DNA of 64,000 nucleotides from Clostridia bacterium (GTDB lineage Bacteria; Bacillota; Clostridia; Christensenellales; UBA1242): NCBI GenBank assembly GCA_045638465.1, contig JAZUBK010000028.1, positions 40,335 to 104,334 of the forward strand, read 5' to 3'. Shown piece by piece: positions 47,827 to 57,183 of this stretch (position 1 is its first letter; each line of letters starts with the position of its first letter). The notes under the pieces were generated by a model. It saw only the letters and a program-made list of their open reading frames with translations, ran no database searches and was not told where the DNA came from. The position numbers and the translations under genes were made by a program.

Positions 47827-48297
47827 ATGAGAATAGTAACTTTAACTAGCCATTATATCAAAGATATATCTACTCTATGTGTAGATAGTTTTTTGGACGG
47901 GGAGTACTCTTATTATTTGCAAATGAAAAATCTAAAAGGTCTTGATAGTTTTGTGGACTTTTGCTCAGTTTCAAATATCAAAGACAAGTTTGATGATAAA
48001 CATATTTTCTTAGGAGCTTTTGATGAAAATACTTTGATTGGGGTGTGTTGCGTTAATCTAAAGATTGGAAATATACTACTGCTATTTGTAGATAAAGATT
48101 ATCAAAACCAAGGTGTTGGAAAAGCTTTACTAGGTAAAGCCGAAGAAATCGCCAAAGAAAGAGGCCTTAAAAAATTAACCGTAGACTCTACGCACTTCGG
48201 GGTAAGATTTTATAGGGCAAACGGCTATAAAGAAGTGTCAAAAGAACAAATCTTGAGCGAAGGCCTTATATTTACCACAATGTCAAAAAACATATAA
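47827..48297 (+). CDS. GNAT-family N-acetyltransferase
   Basis: YQNQGVGKALLGKAEEIAKERG. Start at ATG 47827, lying 6 nt after TGgTATAAT. Confidence 0.75.
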   Translation: MRIVTLTSHYIKDISTLCVDSFLDGEYSYYLQMKNLKGLDSFVDFCSVSNIKDKFDDKHIFLGAFDENTLIGVCCVNLKIGNILLLFVDKDYQNQGVGKALLGKAEEIAKERGLKKLTVDSTHFGVRFYRANGYKEVSKEQILSEGLIFTTMSKNI

Positions 48298-48328
48298 AAA
48301 AACTAGCAGAAAACTGCTAGTTTTTTTG
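48295..48328. terminator. bidirectional intrinsic terminator
   Basis: A-run - CTAGCAG AAAA CTGCTAG - T-run. Confidence 0.8.
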
Positions 48329-48342
48329 TTGTATATGTTTGT

Positions 48343-49011
48343 TTAGTTTTTGTCTGTGGTTATGCTTTTTTTATTTTCACTACCATCTTCAAGGTTTGTT
48401 TCTTTGTTTTCGCTAGATTCTTTTTGAGCTTTAGTGTGGGTTGTTTCAATAGTAGCAGAATCTATAACTGTTTGATTTTCTACCCCTTTGCTTTGAGGGG
48501 CGTTTTGATTCTTTTTTTCTTTTATTTTTCTTTTTGCCCAAACAAATAACATAGCATATAGACAACCAAGTATTGTACTAACGCCATTTAGCCATATGTC
48601 GCTTACTTGTGGAAATCTTGGTACTGGCAAAATAAATTGCATAATTTCTATAAATAGTCCTGTTGCAAAACCAATAATTACTGATTTTAGTAGTGGCTTT
48701 TTGCAGACCGTTCCGATATATAAACCAATTGGAACTAGCATTGTGATATTGGTTAAAAAGCCCCACATCGATTCTGGCACTGGCGACCATATGATATCTT
48801 TTGATGCCCATTTACCGCTAAAATCCCAAACTACTTTGATCCCATCTCCAAAACTTATATCAGAAAAAACACCAACCGCAAGGACAATAGAATACAAAAT
48901 AAGTAATATCGTTGGAATTATGATTTTCACTTTTTCATTATTAACAAAAAGTATAAATATTGCAGTGAGCAAAAGCCCCACATTAAAAACAATTCCTATA
49001 ATTAAATCCAT
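48343..49011 (-). CDS. VanZ-family membrane protein with hydrophilic C-terminal tail
   Basis: NITMLVPIGLY and FIEIMQFILPVPRFPQVSDIWLNGVSTILG match the VanZ-like pattern. Confidence 0.8.
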   Translation of the reverse strand: MDLIIGIVFNVGLLLTAIFILFVNNEKVKIIIPTILLILYSIVLAVGVFSDISFGDGIKVVWDFSGKWASKDIIWSPVPESMWGFLTNITMLVPIGLYIGTVCKKPLLKSVIIGFATGLFIEIMQFILPVPRFPQVSDIWLNGVSTILGCLYAMLFVWAKRKIKEKKNQNAPQSKGVENQTVIDSATIETTHTKAQKESSENKETNLEDGSENKKSITTDKN

Positions 49012-49134
49012 ATTTTTATTATATCATAATATTATAAAATAACAAATTATTACAAAAACTTAATACTTCTTTTAATTTTTTGAATTTTTATAAAAAAAGA
49101 ACATACATTTTTTTGTATGTCCTTTTTATTTTAA

Positions 49135-51630
49135 CTAAAATATCTTCATAAGTTCCTTTGGAGGCATCTTTGAGTATTTACGTATAGGTAGGAATGTACC
49201 AACCGCAACAACGGCAAGACAGATAAGTGCTATCCATAGGTACATCAAACCAGAAGTTGTAAATACTGATACTGTAACTGGTATTTGTGATACAACAACA
49301 ATATTGCTTACTGCTGCAACAACAAATGTAAATAGTATAGTAATCAAGAAAATCAATAGAGCGATACTTGCACTACACAATACAAATATACCAGCGATAT
49401 CGCCTTTACCACAACCTAGAGTTTTCAAAACACCAATATCATTTTTCTTGTCGGCGATCATTTGGCTGATGAAATAGTACATAAGTACTAGTGAGTATAT
49501 AGCCATAAAGATACTTGCAACAAGGAAAGCTGATTTCATAACAGAAATTCTTTCACCATAGTTTGTGATAGTATTTGAGTTTGTAGAAACAAATGTAAAG
49601 TCTTTTGCTTCCAAAATGTTAATTACGTCTTCAATTTTGTCATTTCCTACACTTGTAAATAATACCTTTGTATTTGTAGAAAATGTTGTTTGAGCAAGGA
49701 TATCTCTTTCAAATCTAGCTTGGGTAAATAGAATTTCAACATCGGTAGCTTCTTCGTCGGCTTCAAATACACCAGCAATAGTATATTCTATAGCTTCACA
49801 GTTGTTTAGTTTAATGGTCAAGGTTCTATTTGCACCAAGTGTGTGATCAAGGCCTAAATCTACATTTGCGCCCACCATTGTTCCAAGAGGGGTATAACCT
49901 GGCAAACCATTTGTTATTTCGTTATAAAGGTCTGTAGAAATAATAATATCAGTTGATCCAATGTCTGACATTGTAAGGTCTGTCTTTAAGTAAATTGAAC
50001 CACTAAAAGAATCTATCAATGTTGCAGTTAGATTTGTTGTATTGATAAGGTTTGTATTATCTTTTTCGATAGTAGCAACAAGTCCATCTACTTGTGGGTG
50101 TTCAAGTGCATAACTTTTGATAAAACCTGCAGTTGTGTGCAATACGCTATAGATATAGTTTAGTTTAAAATCAAACTCTTCTGCGTTTGCTTGTTCTCTA
50201 AAGCCTAGTGTATCGCTAGAAACAAATTTTTTGTAGTCAGTTTTGTATACGCCACAAACTTTGATATAACCATAGTTTGTAGAAATTTCTTTTCCGATAA
50301 GACCAGCAAATTCGTCATCTTCGGTACCTTCAAAATATGATAGTTGAACGATTCCGCCATTTTTGTAATATGCACCATATTTTTTCAAAAGTGCCGCAAA
50401 GTAGTCGCTTATAACTACTTCGTTATCGTATTGTGGGTATGCACCGCTCAAAACATCTTGTTTCAAAATGTTTTGGTCTGGCATATCATCTAGGTCACTG
50501 ATAAGGCCTTTGATTGTGAAATTTTGTGCGTTTGAACTATAAAAGCCTTGGCCAAAGTCTACTGCAAAGTTTACTTTTGCCATATCTTTAAAGCTATTCA
50601 TAATAGAAAGATCTTGTTTTCTGAAATCTTCGATTATGTTATCTGATAGAGCATCATTTATTGGCTTTGAACTATCCGTCGATCCATAAACAAATGCGAC
50701 ATAAGGGGTGTCTTTTTCTTGTATAGAATTTGCCAATACTCTATTATAGTTGTATCCATCTAAGATAAAAAACACACTAAAGAATAACAGTGCAAGACAT
50801 GATAGCAAAGTTACAAATGTAAAGCTTACTTTTTTAGCAGCAAGATATGAGTAGGCTAATTTTACAGTTTGTTTAGCGCCCAATTTACTCTTTGTAAGAG
50901 CGTTTGCAGTGTTTAACTTTTGAGCAGGAACTTTAGGCTCTTCTGTTTTTGCTTTTTTGGTCAAACGTTTATCATCAACGATTACACCTTTGTCTAGGGT
51001 AATTATTCTGTCACCATATTTTTGCATAGCGTCTTCTTTGTGAGTTACGGCTATGATAAGGTGATTTTCTGAGTATTTTTTTAATACTTCCCAGATAATG
51101 TCTGAGTTTCTCTTATCAAGACTGGCTGTTGGTTCGTCTACCAAAATTACTTTTACATTCATAAGTAATGTACGAGCAACCGCTACTCTTTTCTTTTCGC
51201 CACCGCTTATTTCGGCAGGCATACGATCGCCAAAGCCACTAAGACCAACTATCTCTAAAGCTTCGTTTACCTCTTCGTCACTTGCATATTGTCCGTGAAT
51301 TGCTTTTTCTAGTCTAACGTTTTCGGCAACGGTAAGACTAGGAATAAGTGTGTTTTCTTGGATAATAAAGTCAACGTAACTATTACGGTAAGCGTCCATT
51401 TGTTTTTGGTTTAGAGTCTTTAGGTCTACACCATCAACTAAAATTTGGCCTTCTTCGTATTTGTCAATACCACCAATAAGTGAAAGAAGCGTACTCTTAC
51501 CGTTACCACTCGCACCAGCGATAAAGGTGATGCCTTTTTCGTCAAAGTCGATGTTGATATCAGTAAGGGCTTTTACTTGATTTTCGCCACGGTTATAATG
51601 GACTTTGTTTAATTTTTTAATTTGAATCAT
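49135..51630 (-). CDS. MacB-type fused ABC transporter (N-terminal ATPase + FtsX-like permease with large extracytoplasmic domain)
   Basis: Walker A GASGNGKST, signature ISGGEKKRV, Walker B ILVDEPTASLD. Then TM1, an external domain of about 400 aa, and 3 C-terminal TM helices. Confidence 0.85.
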   Translation of the reverse strand: MIQIKKLNKVHYNRGENQVKALTDINIDFDEKGITFIAGASGNGKSTLLSLIGGIDKYEEGQILVDGVDLKTLNQKQMDAYRNSYVDFIIQENTLIPSLTVAENVRLEKAIHGQYASDEEVNEALEIVGLSGFGDRMPAEISGGEKKRVAVARTLLMNVKVILVDEPTASLDKRNSDIIWEVLKKYSENHLIIAVTHKEDAMQKYGDRIITLDKGVIVDDKRLTKKAKTEEPKVPAQKLNTANALTKSKLGAKQTVKLAYSYLAAKKVSFTFVTLLSCLALLFFSVFFILDGYNYNRVLANSIQEKDTPYVAFVYGSTDSSKPINDALSDNIIEDFRKQDLSIMNSFKDMAKVNFAVDFGQGFYSSNAQNFTIKGLISDLDDMPDQNILKQDVLSGAYPQYDNEVVISDYFAALLKKYGAYYKNGGIVQLSYFEGTEDDEFAGLIGKEISTNYGYIKVCGVYKTDYKKFVSSDTLGFREQANAEEFDFKLNYIYSVLHTTAGFIKSYALEHPQVDGLVATIEKDNTNLINTTNLTATLIDSFSGSIYLKTDLTMSDIGSTDIIISTDLYNEITNGLPGYTPLGTMVGANVDLGLDHTLGANRTLTIKLNNCEAIEYTIAGVFEADEEATDVEILFTQARFERDILAQTTFSTNTKVLFTSVGNDKIEDVINILEAKDFTFVSTNSNTITNYGERISVMKSAFLVASIFMAIYSLVLMYYFISQMIADKKNDIGVLKTLGCGKGDIAGIFVLCSASIALLIFLITILFTFVVAAVSNIVVVSQIPVTVSVFTTSGLMYLWIALICLAVVAVGTFLPIRKYSKMPPKELMKIF

Positions 51631-51721
51631 ACTCTACCTCTAAAAAAATTCTAAATAAAGCAGTTTTTTCTTTTATAAATATATTATACATTTATTGCTA
51701 AAAAAAACAAACTAAATAAGC

Positions 51722-51752
51722 AAAAAAAACACACCATAAGGTGTGCCTTTTT
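51722..51752 (-). terminator. intrinsic terminator after the 295-aa gene
   Basis: CACACC/GGTGTG hairpin followed by a T-run on the minus strand, directly after the stop codon. Confidence 0.7.
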
Positions 51753-52639
51753 TATATTTTTAGAATAAATTTTATATCAGTACCAACTGTCTCAAAAGCA
51801 AAGCCTGTAATTCCGACAACATCTAGTTCTCTAACAAGACCTGGGCCATTGTCGTTGCCGATAAGGGCTTGGAATACAAGATCACCGATGTCTTCACAAA
51901 GTGCTCTTGCTGATGTATTACCAACAACACTACCAATAACAGAAATCACTTGAGATGTTTGATCTGCGGTAAGGCTGTTTAATTTCATATTCTTTGGTGT
52001 GATTTTATATGTTCTTGCGTCTGTTTGCTCTATAGAAAAGTTTACAGAAACATATGCGTCGTTTGGTATGTATTTTATAAACAAACTAACAGGAAATACA
52101 TTTACTGCAGATTTTAATTCTTTTAGCGAAGTATGGAAAACAACGTTTACATCTATTTTGTTGCCGTTGGCCATAGATGTTAGGTTGCTAAATGTAATTT
52201 GCTTTAGCGAAATGTCCAACTCTAAATCTTCGCCAATTTGTGCAGAAGAATTTAAAAGTGATTGCACCAAACTTGCAACTTGAACATCAGTTAGTTGTAT
52301 TTCTTGGGTAGCATTTGTAAGGCCAGAAATATCATCGTTGATTTTGTATTCGCCGTTTTCTACGGTATAAAAACCAGATAGTCCAGCAAGATCAAATTGC
52401 TCAAAGGCAATGTTTGTACTCTCATCAGTAATAGGGGTTGTAATCATTGTGGTCTCATCAAAGTCTTGCCCCATCTTTTTCATAATATTGATAATTCCAA
52501 AAATGTCTATGCCCAAAACAACCCTAACATAAAAATATATGCCAAGCAATACAACCGCAACAACTGCGACTATAATGCCAATAATTTTGAGCATAGCAAA
52601 TAAAAATCCAAAGTTATTTTGCTTTTTTGCTTCTTCCAT
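51752..52639 (-). CDS. hypothetical N-terminally anchored protein (295 aa)
   Basis: AGGAGAA RBS. One long N-terminal hydrophobic segment, then a soluble domain. No family recognised. Confidence 0.65.
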   Translation of the reverse strand: MEEAKKQNNFGFLFAMLKIIGIIVAVVAVVLLGIYFYVRVVLGIDIFGIINIMKKMGQDFDETTMITTPITDESTNIAFEQFDLAGLSGFYTVENGEYKINDDISGLTNATQEIQLTDVQVASLVQSLLNSSAQIGEDLELDISLKQITFSNLTSMANGNKIDVNVVFHTSLKELKSAVNVFPVSLFIKYIPNDAYVSVNFSIEQTDARTYKITPKNMKLNSLTADQTSQVISVIGSVVGNTSARALCEDIGDLVFQALIGNDNGPGLVRELDVVGITGFAFETVGTDIKFILKI

Positions 52640-52648
52640 TATATTCTC

Positions 52649-52801
52649 CTAAAAGATTAATATTATACCTACTATAATAGCATCTATGACAAGTAATCTA
52701 AACAAAAGACCTATTGGTGACAAAAAGTCTTTGATTACCCACCAAATTACTTTCCAAATAAACTTAAAAATTCCTTTAAAGAAATTCCATATAACACTCA
52801 T
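52649..52801 (-). CDS. small ORF (50 aa) missed by the ORF track: Trp/Lys/Phe-rich amphipathic N-half plus hydrophobic C-half
   Basis: My translation is MSVIWNFFKGIFKFIWKVIWWVIKDFLSPIGLLFRLLVIDAIIVGIILIF*. AGGAG lies 7 nt upstream of the ATG, downstream of a perfect consensus promoter. The stop is 9 nt before the next gene's ATG. Confidence 0.5.
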   Translation of the reverse strand: MSVIWNFFKGIFKFIWKVIWWVIKDFLSPIGLLFRLLVIDAIIVGIILIF

Positions 52802-52821
52802 AGTTTTTCTCCTATATATTT

Positions 52822-52850
52822 ATTATAACGAAAAGATAATACATTGTCAA
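52822..52850 (-). promoter_or_regulatory. perfect consensus promoter for the small-ORF/295-aa operon
   Basis: The minus strand reads TTGACA (52850-45), 17 nt, TATAAT (52827-22), 8 nt, AGGAG. Confidence 0.7.
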
Positions 52851-52912
52851 TAATTGCCCCTTTGTATAAAAAAGATGTTTTGACTATTTTTTATACAAAA
52901 TCAACTTAAACA

Positions 52913-52941
52913 TTGACAAAATACTTTGGTTGTTATATACT
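52913..52941 (+). promoter_or_regulatory. promoter for tRNA-Arg(ACG)
   Basis: TTGACA (52913-18), 17-nt spacer, TATACT (52936-41). Confidence 0.65.
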
Positions 52942-53004
52942 TATAGGGTACTAAAAATTTGCCAAATAAGACAACTTTTTAGTACAAATATTCCCTCTTT
53001 ATAT

Positions 53005-53081
53005 GTACCACTAGCTCAGCTGGATAGAGCGTTGGTCTACGGAACCAAAGGTCGGGGGTTCGAACCCCTCGTGGTACACCA
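53005..53081 (+). tRNA. tRNA-Arg (anticodon ACG), CCA encoded
   Basis: GTACCAC-TA-GCTC-AGCTGGATA-GAGC-G-TTGGT-CTACGGA-ACCAA-AGGTC-GGGGG-TTCGAAC-CCCTC-GTGGTAC-A-CCA. Confidence 0.93.
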
Positions 53082-53084
53082 CAA

Positions 53085-53111
53085 GACAAAGCTTTTTTGC
53101 TTTGTTTTTTT
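53085..53111 (+). terminator. intrinsic terminator after tRNA-Arg(ACG)
   Basis: GACAAAGC/GCTTTGT hairpin plus T-run. Confidence 0.75.
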
Positions 53112-53176
53112 ATATCAAATTTGTCATATAAAAAATGTAAAAATCAACGTTAAAAGATATGTTTAGTGAGGTGCTT

Positions 53177-53641
53177 ATGGAAGTTATTAGTGCTAGTGCA
53201 AAAGATTATCTTACCTTTAGGGAAACATCTAAAAAGTGTGATTACCTAGGCGTACATACCCCTTATAGTTATTGGGTTGTGTGCAATTTCTTTGGGGATA
53301 GTTGCTTTATGCTAAAAGACCAAGAAAACATAATCGGCACTATTATGACCGTGCACAATAAAGACACCTTGTTTGTTTGGCAAATAGGCGTCATAAAGGA
53401 ATATAGAAGAAAAGGTTATTCGCAAATACTTTATGATGCAGCGCTAAACTTTGCCCGTCAAAATGGCCAAACAAAAATAGCAATGTCGGTTGACCCTGAA
53501 AACGAAGCTAGTTTGAAAGCGATTAACCGCTTTTGTAAGCGCAACAATTTGCTTTCTAAACAGGTAGGTTCTGTAGACATTGTACTTCCTGAAGAGGACT
53601 ATGATGAATCTGAACTCTTGCTTGAAATCGCTATAGATTAG
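53177..53641 (+). CDS. GNAT-family N-acetyltransferase
   Basis: YRRKGYSQILYDAALNFARQNG. Start at ATG 53177 (GAGG upstream). Confidence 0.75.
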   Translation: MEVISASAKDYLTFRETSKKCDYLGVHTPYSYWVVCNFFGDSCFMLKDQENIIGTIMTVHNKDTLFVWQIGVIKEYRRKGYSQILYDAALNFARQNGQTKIAMSVDPENEASLKAINRFCKRNNLLSKQVGSVDIVLPEEDYDESELLLEIAID

Positions 53642-53652
53642 TGTTTATATTT

Positions 53653-53689
53653 TGCCCCGCTAGATTTTTCTTGCGGGGCATTTTTTTTT
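53653..53689 (+). terminator. intrinsic terminator
   Basis: TGCCCCGC/GCGGGGCA 8-bp hairpin plus T9. Confidence 0.8.
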
Positions 53690-53824
53690 ATTAATAATAT
53701 TTTATTGTGTGATATACAAAAAATGTGTTATTATGTTTTTGTAAAATATTAAAAATAAGCGTTGGTAAAAAAAATGTAATTTAGATTTTTAACATACGTT
53801 CACACAACTAAAATGGGGATAACG

Positions 53825-54346
53825 ATGATTTATTTTGTAAGGCATGGCCAAACTGAATGGAATAAAATTGGAAAGATGCAGGGCCATATGGATATTAAGC
53901 TCAACGACGAAGGCAGAGCTCAAGCCAAGGTTGTTAAAGAAAAGTTGCAAGGTGTTGCTTTTGATAAAGTGTTTTCAAGTCCACTAAAAAGAGCGATAGA
54001 AACTGCACAGATAATTAACGGCCAAGATATCACAATAGACCAAAGACTCATCGAAAGATTTAATGGAGAGTTAGAAGGAAAACTAAAAAATGAGATTGCA
54101 GTTTATCCAGATTTTAACGACCCAAATGACACGCGTTTTGGCATCGAATCGCTTGATAATTTTAGAGGTAGAATCAATAGTTTTCTAGACGATTTGACAA
54201 AAAGCTATAAAGGACAAAATATTTTGGTTGTGACTCACGCTGGAGTTTGCCTTTATGTTAGATGCTTTTTTGAAGGAGAGCCAAGTGGTAACCTTTACGA
54301 AAGTTACAAACTAAATAATTGTGAATTTTTAAGCTACAAAAACTAG
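53825..54346 (+). CDS. histidine phosphatase family protein (phosphoglycerate mutase-like)
   Basis: RHGQTEWN catalytic motif and a downstream THAGV His. The start could be 53813 or 53825. Confidence 0.85.
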   Translation: MIYFVRHGQTEWNKIGKMQGHMDIKLNDEGRAQAKVVKEKLQGVAFDKVFSSPLKRAIETAQIINGQDITIDQRLIERFNGELEGKLKNEIAVYPDFNDPNDTRFGIESLDNFRGRINSFLDDLTKSYKGQNILVVTHAGVCLYVRCFFEGEPSGNLYESYKLNNCEFLSYKN

Positions 54347-54446
54347 CTAAAATGATAAAATTTGTACAAACTTCGTTTTGCTAGGTTTTGTTTGACAATA
54401 CAAAGTTTTATATACTAAAATTATTTTATAAATAAGGAGATTTTTT

Positions 54447-55130
54447 ATGGGCGAATTTATGAATAATAACACTAAACAACTACGTTGGTACAACCGCAAC
54501 TTTTACTGGGCAGGTACAATACTTATCACCGCCGTTATTCTCTCAATTTATTTTATATTTAGAAGTGATGATATGTTTTCTCCTTCAGCGGCAGACACCC
54601 CTGCGATTTTGAGCTTTTTGAGAGGGCTTTATATTGCAATCATAGGCAGCCTTACTATGTACAATGGTTTCACGGTTATATTTTATACTTTGTCTATATT
54701 CTTCTCACTTCTTTATATCGAAAGGCGTATTGGAACTTTAGCAACTCTTCTTTTGGTTTTGAGTATTATATTTTCTGTACATCTTATTTCGGTGCAAGTT
54801 GTTGATACGGGTGCAAACGGCTCTTATATGCTATCACCTCATATACTTGTGTATTCTTTGTTTGGGTTTGTTGTTTTTGACTTTTTCTGGTCTTTGCGCA
54901 AGTCTGTTAGAAATACACCAAATGTTGCCTTTGGACTTATTACAATTTTCTGTCTGTATATAGTTAATAGTTTCGTATATACACTTAGTAGCGTACCTGC
55001 ATTTATGTTTTATCCTTATGAGTTGTTTGTACTTGGCTGGGGAACACAATTATTTATGCTAGGCGGAATATTTGCATCTATAATACATATTGCCGCAATA
55101 CACGGCCAAAACATTAATTATAATAGTTAA
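54447..55130 (+). CDS. hypothetical polytopic membrane protein (227 aa)
   Basis: AAGGAG RBS and about 6 hydrophobic helices. No diagnostic motif. Confidence 0.55.
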   Translation: MGEFMNNNTKQLRWYNRNFYWAGTILITAVILSIYFIFRSDDMFSPSAADTPAILSFLRGLYIAIIGSLTMYNGFTVIFYTLSIFFSLLYIERRIGTLATLLLVLSIIFSVHLISVQVVDTGANGSYMLSPHILVYSLFGFVVFDFFWSLRKSVRNTPNVAFGLITIFCLYIVNSFVYTLSSVPAFMFYPYELFVLGWGTQLFMLGGIFASIIHIAAIHGQNINYNS

Positions 55131-55144
55131 AAAATATCAAAAAA

Positions 55145-55180
55145 TAAAAAAACTACTAGGATAACCTAGTAGTTTTTTTG
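55145..55180. terminator. bidirectional intrinsic terminator
   Basis: A-run - ACTACTAGG ATAA CCTAGTAGT - T-run. Confidence 0.8.
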
Positions 55181-55184
55181 ATTT

Positions 55185-57083
55185 TTACACTGCTTCAAGA
55201 TTGTCGTTTGTAAATGAGACATAAATTGTAATGTTGTTAGCTGGCATACTGAACTGAACATCAAAGTAAACTTTATCGGTAGTACCTTCTACTATATAAT
55301 ACATCCTGCCTTGTCTATAACCTAGAAGTGGAACTGCTCTAACTATAATTTGTTCTCCATAGTATCCTGTACCGATATGTGTAGCTGAGCCACCAGAAGT
55401 GATTGGCGCCATAGTAATTTGATATATTCTATTGCTTTCTGTATATTGCGCAGTGTATGTTGCATTTTGGGTTGCAACTGTAAGTGCTGGGCTCCATCCA
55501 GAAAATTCGTATTCTTTGTCTATTGTTGACTCTTTTGTTGGTGTTGCGCCGCTATAGCTTGGCATTGCACCAAAATCAAAAGAAGCTTGATACAATAATG
55601 TGTCATCATGGTTTACAAATCTAATTGTATATTGACAAATAGTAAATTTTGCATAGAAAGTCAAATCACAAAGTTCATTTCCTTGGATAGATGTTTCTTT
55701 GTAGCCAGTAAAGGTTGGGTTTCTATACCATCCTTCAAAGTTGTAATGATCTTTTACAACGTTTGTTGGCAAGACAACTTCAAAGTCGCTTACTGAGTAT
55801 TCTTCTGCATAGTTCTCATCTAAAATTACTCCGTCATAAGTAACATATGTAATAGTATAATTGATTAAAGAAAATTCTACTACAATTGTTATATGTCCAC
55901 TAGGCATTGTGAATTGTTTAGATGTAAGTTGAATATGATTTGTTGGGTCGCTATTTAGATAATAATACATGTTGTCAAATTCATATCCTTGTTCTGCAGT
56001 GTAAGATACTTCAATAATATCGCCTATATATGCCAGAGTTTTATTTGCTGACAATGTACCGCCTACTGGATCAACAGCAACTACGATATATTGTATTTTT
56101 TCAAAAACAGCATGAATTAATACATCGCTTTCTGGCATTGTAAAACTTGTTGCTGTTTGGTCGATATCAACTCTTGTTTGTGTTTTTTCTATAGTATAAT
56201 ATAGTTCTTTTAGTTTCCAACCTTCCGCTGGAGTTACTACTAAGTTTTGTTGGGCTCCTACCATAGATACATCTGATTCTATATTAATAGTTCCAGAACC
56301 TGTAACTGTTCCTAAATCTGTATGATAATATGCAAATAACCAGTGAGCATAAACTTTTATATTTGTTTTTGTTCCTTGGCTTATTGTAAACTCATCATCA
56401 GGTGTTCCAGAAGCGGTTGTAGAGTAACCTTTGAAAATATATCCTTCTTTGACAGGAGTAGGTAAAGTAAATGTAGGAGTAACAATAGTAAATGTTGATA
56501 CTGGAGTTGTTGAGAAACTACCTCCGTTAAGCTCATATATGATTGTATATTGGATTTCAACAATACTAATAAATATTGAGATATCCCTTGGTGGCATTAT
56601 AAATTTGTTATTTTTAATATCTATTCTTTCTAGTGTGCCTGACTCTATATAATACATTTCTGCTACACGGTAACCGTCTGGCAAAGCAATATTTATATCT
56701 ACTTCTTCATTTGTAGAGGCTTTGTTTGCTATATTATAAATACCACTGTTTTGACTAGTAATTGTAAACTCTTTTGCTCTATATTGAGCGGTGTATTTTC
56801 CACTAGTACTTTTTGATACTGTAAAAGTAAATACTCTACTAGTGCTAACTTCTTTTCCGTCTCTTAGCCATGATACAAATTCATAGCCTTCTTTTTCTTT
56901 TGCGGTAAGGGTAACGCCATCGCCTTCTTTATATTCGCCGTCCCCAGATAGAAGTTCAAGTATTTCTTCGTCGCCGTAAAATTCAACAACTAAAGGATCT
57001 TCTCTTAATAAGAAGTACCAACCAGCAAAACCTGCTCCGCCAACAAGTATTATGCTGAAAAGAATAATAAGAAATTTTTTCAT
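55185..57083 (-). CDS. membrane-anchored surface protein with Listeria/Bacteroides-type (InlB B-repeat-like) repeats
   Basis: N-terminal TM (FLIILFSIILVGGAGFAGWYF). Repeats include YTIIYELNGG..KEGYIFKGY..VYAHW, YTITYVTYDG..HYNFEGWY..FYAKF, YTIRFVNHD..YEFSGWSP..YTAQY. Start at ATG 57083 (GGGAGG upstream); the alternative is 57104. Confidence 0.8.
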   Translation of the reverse strand: MKKFLIILFSIILVGGAGFAGWYFLLREDPLVVEFYGDEEILELLSGDGEYKEGDGVTLTAKEKEGYEFVSWLRDGKEVSTSRVFTFTVSKSTSGKYTAQYRAKEFTITSQNSGIYNIANKASTNEEVDINIALPDGYRVAEMYYIESGTLERIDIKNNKFIMPPRDISIFISIVEIQYTIIYELNGGSFSTTPVSTFTIVTPTFTLPTPVKEGYIFKGYSTTASGTPDDEFTISQGTKTNIKVYAHWLFAYYHTDLGTVTGSGTINIESDVSMVGAQQNLVVTPAEGWKLKELYYTIEKTQTRVDIDQTATSFTMPESDVLIHAVFEKIQYIVVAVDPVGGTLSANKTLAYIGDIIEVSYTAEQGYEFDNMYYYLNSDPTNHIQLTSKQFTMPSGHITIVVEFSLINYTITYVTYDGVILDENYAEEYSVSDFEVVLPTNVVKDHYNFEGWYRNPTFTGYKETSIQGNELCDLTFYAKFTICQYTIRFVNHDDTLLYQASFDFGAMPSYSGATPTKESTIDKEYEFSGWSPALTVATQNATYTAQYTESNRIYQITMAPITSGGSATHIGTGYYGEQIIVRAVPLLGYRQGRMYYIVEGTTDKVYFDVQFSMPANNITIYVSFTNDNLEAV

Positions 57084-57183
57084 AAAACCTCCCTGATTTT
57101 TCATTTATACAGACATTATAACATTTTTGGATAAAAACTCAAATAAATGTTATTTACAAATATAAATATTATCGTTTTATTTT

